Part shown: piece after piece, positions 54,046 to 64,000 of the stretch | How the letters are laid out: each line of letters starts with the position of its first letter | Position numbering within the stretch: position 1 is the first letter of the stretch | Assembly: GCF_009914755.1 (NCBI RefSeq) | Contig: NC_060938.1 | Direction: 5' to 3' (one strand) | Source: the human T2T-CHM13v2.0 reference genome, Homo sapiens | DNA: 64,000 nucleotides | Notes under the pieces: model-generated | Database searches by the model: none | The model's input: the letters and a program-made list of their open reading frames with translations, nothing else | Told to the model about the DNA's origin: nothing | Program-made: the position numbers and the translations under genes

Positions 54046-56451
54046 CGTATATCTAAAGCAGCTCTCTAAGCACTAATTCTTTTTGTTTTAGACGAGGTCT
54101 CACTCTGTCACCCAGGCTAGAGTGCAGTAGTACAATCACAGCTCATTGCAACCTTGACCTCCTGGGCTCAGGCCATCCTCCCACCTCAGCCTCCTGAGTA
54201 GCTGGGGCCACAGGTGTGTGCCATCATACCAAGCTAATATTTTAATTTTTTGTAAAGACAGGGTCCCACTATGTTGCCCAGGCTGATCTCAAACTCCTGG
54301 GCTTAAGCAATACTCTGGCCTCAGCCTGAGCTGAGTAATTCCAAAGTGCTGGAATTACAGGCGTGAGCCACCATGCCTGGTGGAGTAACTATTTTTTTGA
54401 GCCAGGGTCTCACTGTGTCGCCCAGGCTGGAGTGTCTCCTGGGCTCAAGCAGTCCTCCCGCTTCAGCCTCCCAAGTAGCTGTGACTAAAGACACACCTCA
54501 TCACACTCAGCTAATTTTTTTGTATTTTTAGTAGGGGTCTCGCCATGTTGCCCAGGCTGGTCTTGAACTCCTGGGCTCAAGCAATCCACCTGCCTCAACC
54601 TCCCAAAGTGCTAGGATTACAAGCCTGAGCCACCACGCCTGGCTGAGTAACTCCTACCAGTTGTAATTTTATTTTTTCATGTTACTCATTATTACCTGAA
54701 ATTCTTGTTCTTGTTCTCTCTCTCTCTCTCTCACACACAAACACACACACACACACACACAAATCCTAATGACCATTCAGTTTTGATTTTTGTTTGCTTA
54801 GAGACAGGTTCTCACTCTCTCACCCAGGCTGGAGTGCAGTGGCATGATTACAGCTCACTGTAATCTCGGACTAGTATAGTTTACTATAATCTTGAACTCC
54901 TGGGCTCCAGCAATCCTTGCTCCTCAGCCTCCTAAGAAGCTGGCACTACAGGTGGATAGCTGGGATTACAGGTGTGCACCACCTTGCCCAGCTAATTAAA
55001 AAAAAAATTTTTTTTTTGTAGTGATGGAGTCTTACTATGTTGTACAGGCTGGTCTTGAACTCCTGGCCTCAAGTGATCCTCTTGCCTCATCCTCCCAAAG
55101 TGCCAGAATTACAGGCGTGAGCCACTGTGAGGGCCTGGCCATTTCAGTTTTGTTAATTAGCATCTACAATAGTGCTTGATATATATAGTAGACACTCTGT
55201 AAGTGTTTATTCAGTGACTCAACATGTTTTATTACAGTTACACAACTATTAAGTTAAAATTGTAGGCTGGGCGCAGTGGCTCACGCCTGTAATCCCAGCA
55301 CTTTGGGAGGCCGAGGCAGTGGATCACGAGGTCAGGAGTTCGAGACCAGCCTGACCAACATGGTGAAACCCCGTCTCTACTAAAAATACAAAAATTAGCC
55401 AGGCCTGGTGGCGCGTGCCTGTAATCCCAGCTACTTGGGAGGCTGAGACAGGAGAATCGCTTGAATCCAGGAGGCAGAGGATGCAGGAGCCGAGATTGCG
55501 CCATTGCACTCCAGCCTGGGCAACAGAGTGAGACTTTGTCTCGATAAATAAATAAATAAGTAAATAATAAAATAAAATATTTTTTTTTTGAGACGGAGTC
55601 AAAATTTTAATTCTAGGCCAGGCGTGGTGGCACGTACCTGTAATCCCAGCTACTAGGGAGGCTGAGGCACAAGAATCACTTGAACCTGGGAGGCCGAGTT
55701 TGCAGTGAGTCGAGATCACGCCACTGCACTCCAGCCTGGGTGACAGAGCAAGAGACTGTCTCAAAAAAAAAAAAAATTTTTTTTTTAATTCTATAAGTAC
55801 CATATGTTCATTGCGAAAACAAATCAAGCAATTTATAAATATGCGAAATATGCTGTGAAAATCTTTGGTCTTTCTACCTCCTATTCCCTACCAGCTCCAT
55901 GAAGTAACAAAAATTTTATTGTTTTGTGCACTTTAAAATATTTTCTGTGGATATACAAATAAATAGCTCTGTGTATATGTGTGTGTGTGTCATATTGTTT
56001 GTTCTGATAGTGTACAAGCCATTTTTTCCTGTAATTTAGCTTTTTCTCTCAACAATATATCAATAATATCCTTCAATGTCAATACATGCAGATTTAATAC
56101 ATTAAAAATAGCTGTGTAGTTTTCTACAGTATCAGTATACAATCATGTATTTAACTATTCCTATACTGCTGGGCATTTCGATTATTTCCAGGTTTTTTTT
56201 TCTTGGGTGAGGAGTGTGGGTTTTCTCTCTCTCTCTCTCAATTTCTTCCTCTTTCCACAAATCATGTTGCAGTGAACATCTTTGCACACATGTCCCTCAG
56301 CAGTTATTTGCGTATTTACATGTGATGGGATAGATTTATGAAAGTAGAAAAGCTGAGGATATTTTTGTGCCTTTAAATTTTTGATAGGTACCTCAAATTG
56401 TTCCCACAATGCTAATGCTAGTTTCTATTTCCATCACTGGCACATGGATGA

Positions 56452-56704
<253 letters not shown>

Positions 56705-57070
56705 TAGCCAGGATGGTCTCGATCTCCTGACCTCGTGATCTGCCCGCCTCGGCCTCCCGAAGTGCTGGGATTACAGGCATGAGCCACCGCGCCCAGCCAG
56801 TAGTATTCATATTTTTAACATTTGCCAGTATGATAGGCAAAATGGAGTCTGGTGGTGGTGTTGATTTTTTCTTTTTTTTTTAGAGGCAGGGTCTCGCTAT
56901 GTTGTCCAGGCTGAACTCAAACTCCTGGGCTCAAGTGACCCTCTTGCCTCAAGTCTCCTGAGTAGCTGGGACTACAGGCCACTGTTCGCGGCAAGTACCG
57001 TGTTGTTTTAATTTCCATTATCTAGTCAGTTCTGACTTTGAATGTCTTTTCTTTATAAACATATATATAA

Positions 57071-57647
<577 letters not shown>

Positions 57648-58042
57648 TGAACTCCTGAGCTCGAGCAATCTGCCCATGTCGGCCTCCCAAAGTGCTTAGG
57701 ACTACAGGCATGAGCCACTGGGCCCAGCTGAACATCTTTTTATATACTAGTCATTTAGGTTTCATCTTTTGGAAATTGACCAAACACATTTTTAACCTAT
57801 TTTTCTACTAGATTTATCTTTTTCTTACTGAATTATAGGTACTTTTTAATATCCCTAATAATTATCAATATTGAAAATGCTATTATATTGTTGTTGTAAT
57901 TATCATTTATTAACCACATAGTAGGCTCTTTACATGCATTATCTCATTTCCAGCTCACAAGTAGATGTTATTATCCTTATTTTAAGATAAAGAAACTGAG
58001 GCTCAGTTATGTAAAGTATTCAAATATAGTGAGCAGGTATTC

Positions 58043-58105
58043 TTTTTTTTTTTTTTTTTTTTTTAGCAGTGCTACCCCATAGGCAGTGTGCCTGGAGTAG
58101 CAGTT
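58043..58105 (-). mobile_element. 41-nt polyadenylated hairpin retro-insert (MER41/MER4-group LTR-like sequence)
   Basis: T22 run followed by agcagtgctaccccataggcagtgtgcctggagtagcagtt, bracketed by the degenerate 16-bp TSD gtgagcaggtattctt / gtgaacaggcatcctt. The LTR source assignment is from recall. Confidence 0.7.
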
Positions 58106-58200
58106 GTGAACAGGCATCCTTAAACACTGTTGCTGAGACAGGCAGTTTGTCAATAGCTATCACAATATTCAATGTGTATTTCTTTGTCCCACCTATTCTA

Positions 58201-59883
<1,683 letters not shown>

Positions 59884-60217
59884 TTACATTTGTGAATTGA
59901 TTTGGAGAGAAGTTATAGCTTTATAATAATGAATCTTATGAGAAGACGTATTCATATTTTTTATGTCCTTCAGTAGAATTCCATAGTTTTAATTCCTATA
60001 AGACCTTGTATATTTCATGTATAAAGATTTATTTCTGAGTAATTCTTAAATTGACACATTATAATTATACTTATTCATGGGGTACAATGCTATGTTTTGA
60101 TACATATATATACGTTGTGTAATGATCAAACCAAGGTGATTAGCATATCAATCACTCAAACATTATTTATTTATAGTGAGAACATTAAAAATCTTCTCTT
60201 CTAGCTATTTTGAAATA

Positions 60218-63566
<3,349 letters not shown>

Positions 63567-64000
63567 TGAGATCATGCAGTGTCATTCTGTGTCTGATGTG
63601 TCACTTAACATAATGTTCTCCAGGTTCATTCACATTGTAACAAATGACAGGATTTCATGCTTTTTTATGGCTGAATAGTATTCCATTGTGTGATATACCA
63701 TATTTTCTTTATACATTCATTCATTATTGGACACTTAGGTTGATTCCATATTTTGGCTATTGTGAATAGTGCTGCAGTAAACATGGGAGTGCTGATAGCT
63801 ATCTCTTCGACATACTGTTTTCATTTCTTTTGGCTATATACCCTGTAGTGAGATTGCTGAATCATATGGTAGTTCTATTTTTAATTTCCTGGGTAATTTA
63901 TAGTTTTTGTTGCTATGATGCATTTCTCTTTAACACCCTTCCTGTTTATATTAAATAATATAAAAGCCATTTATTTTTGTATACTTAACATGTAATCAAC

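Overview
Primate (human-like) genomic DNA, extremely Alu-rich (about 90-95 Alu copies or fragments, roughly 40% of the window). Nearly all ORFs in the supplied track are Alu or L1 artefacts. Real content: (1) the 5' half of DNAL1 (dynein axonemal light chain 1, + strand), with a CpG promoter carrying ZNF143, NRF1 and tandem RFX X-box motifs and coding exons 1-5 (codons 1-88); exon 6 onward lies beyond the window. DNAL1 places this at human 14q24.3, next to the ACOT cluster. (2) A three-exon, intron-containing pseudogene of the type-I acyl-CoA thioesterase/BAAT family (13490-18413). It has a mitochondrial-type presequence, Gly in place of the nucleophile Ser, Asn in place of the catalytic Asp, many frameshifts and stops, and an AluS inside exon 3. 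Its CpG island has survived and carries a consensus antisense splice donor. (3) An NDUFB8 processed pseudogene inserted inside an Alu. (4) U6 and 3'-truncated U2 retrocopies. (5) Tigger, MER, MaLR, ERV-LTR, L1 and L2 relics. The most unusual observations are the dead, possibly non-catalytic mitochondrial ACOT paralog with a possibly reused promoter; a 41-nt polyadenylated hairpin retro-insert with target-site duplications; a 104-bp near-perfect palindrome; a ~200-bp local inverted duplication; and an inverted Alu pair sharing private variants. All family and subfamily names come from recalled consensus sequences, not from database searches.
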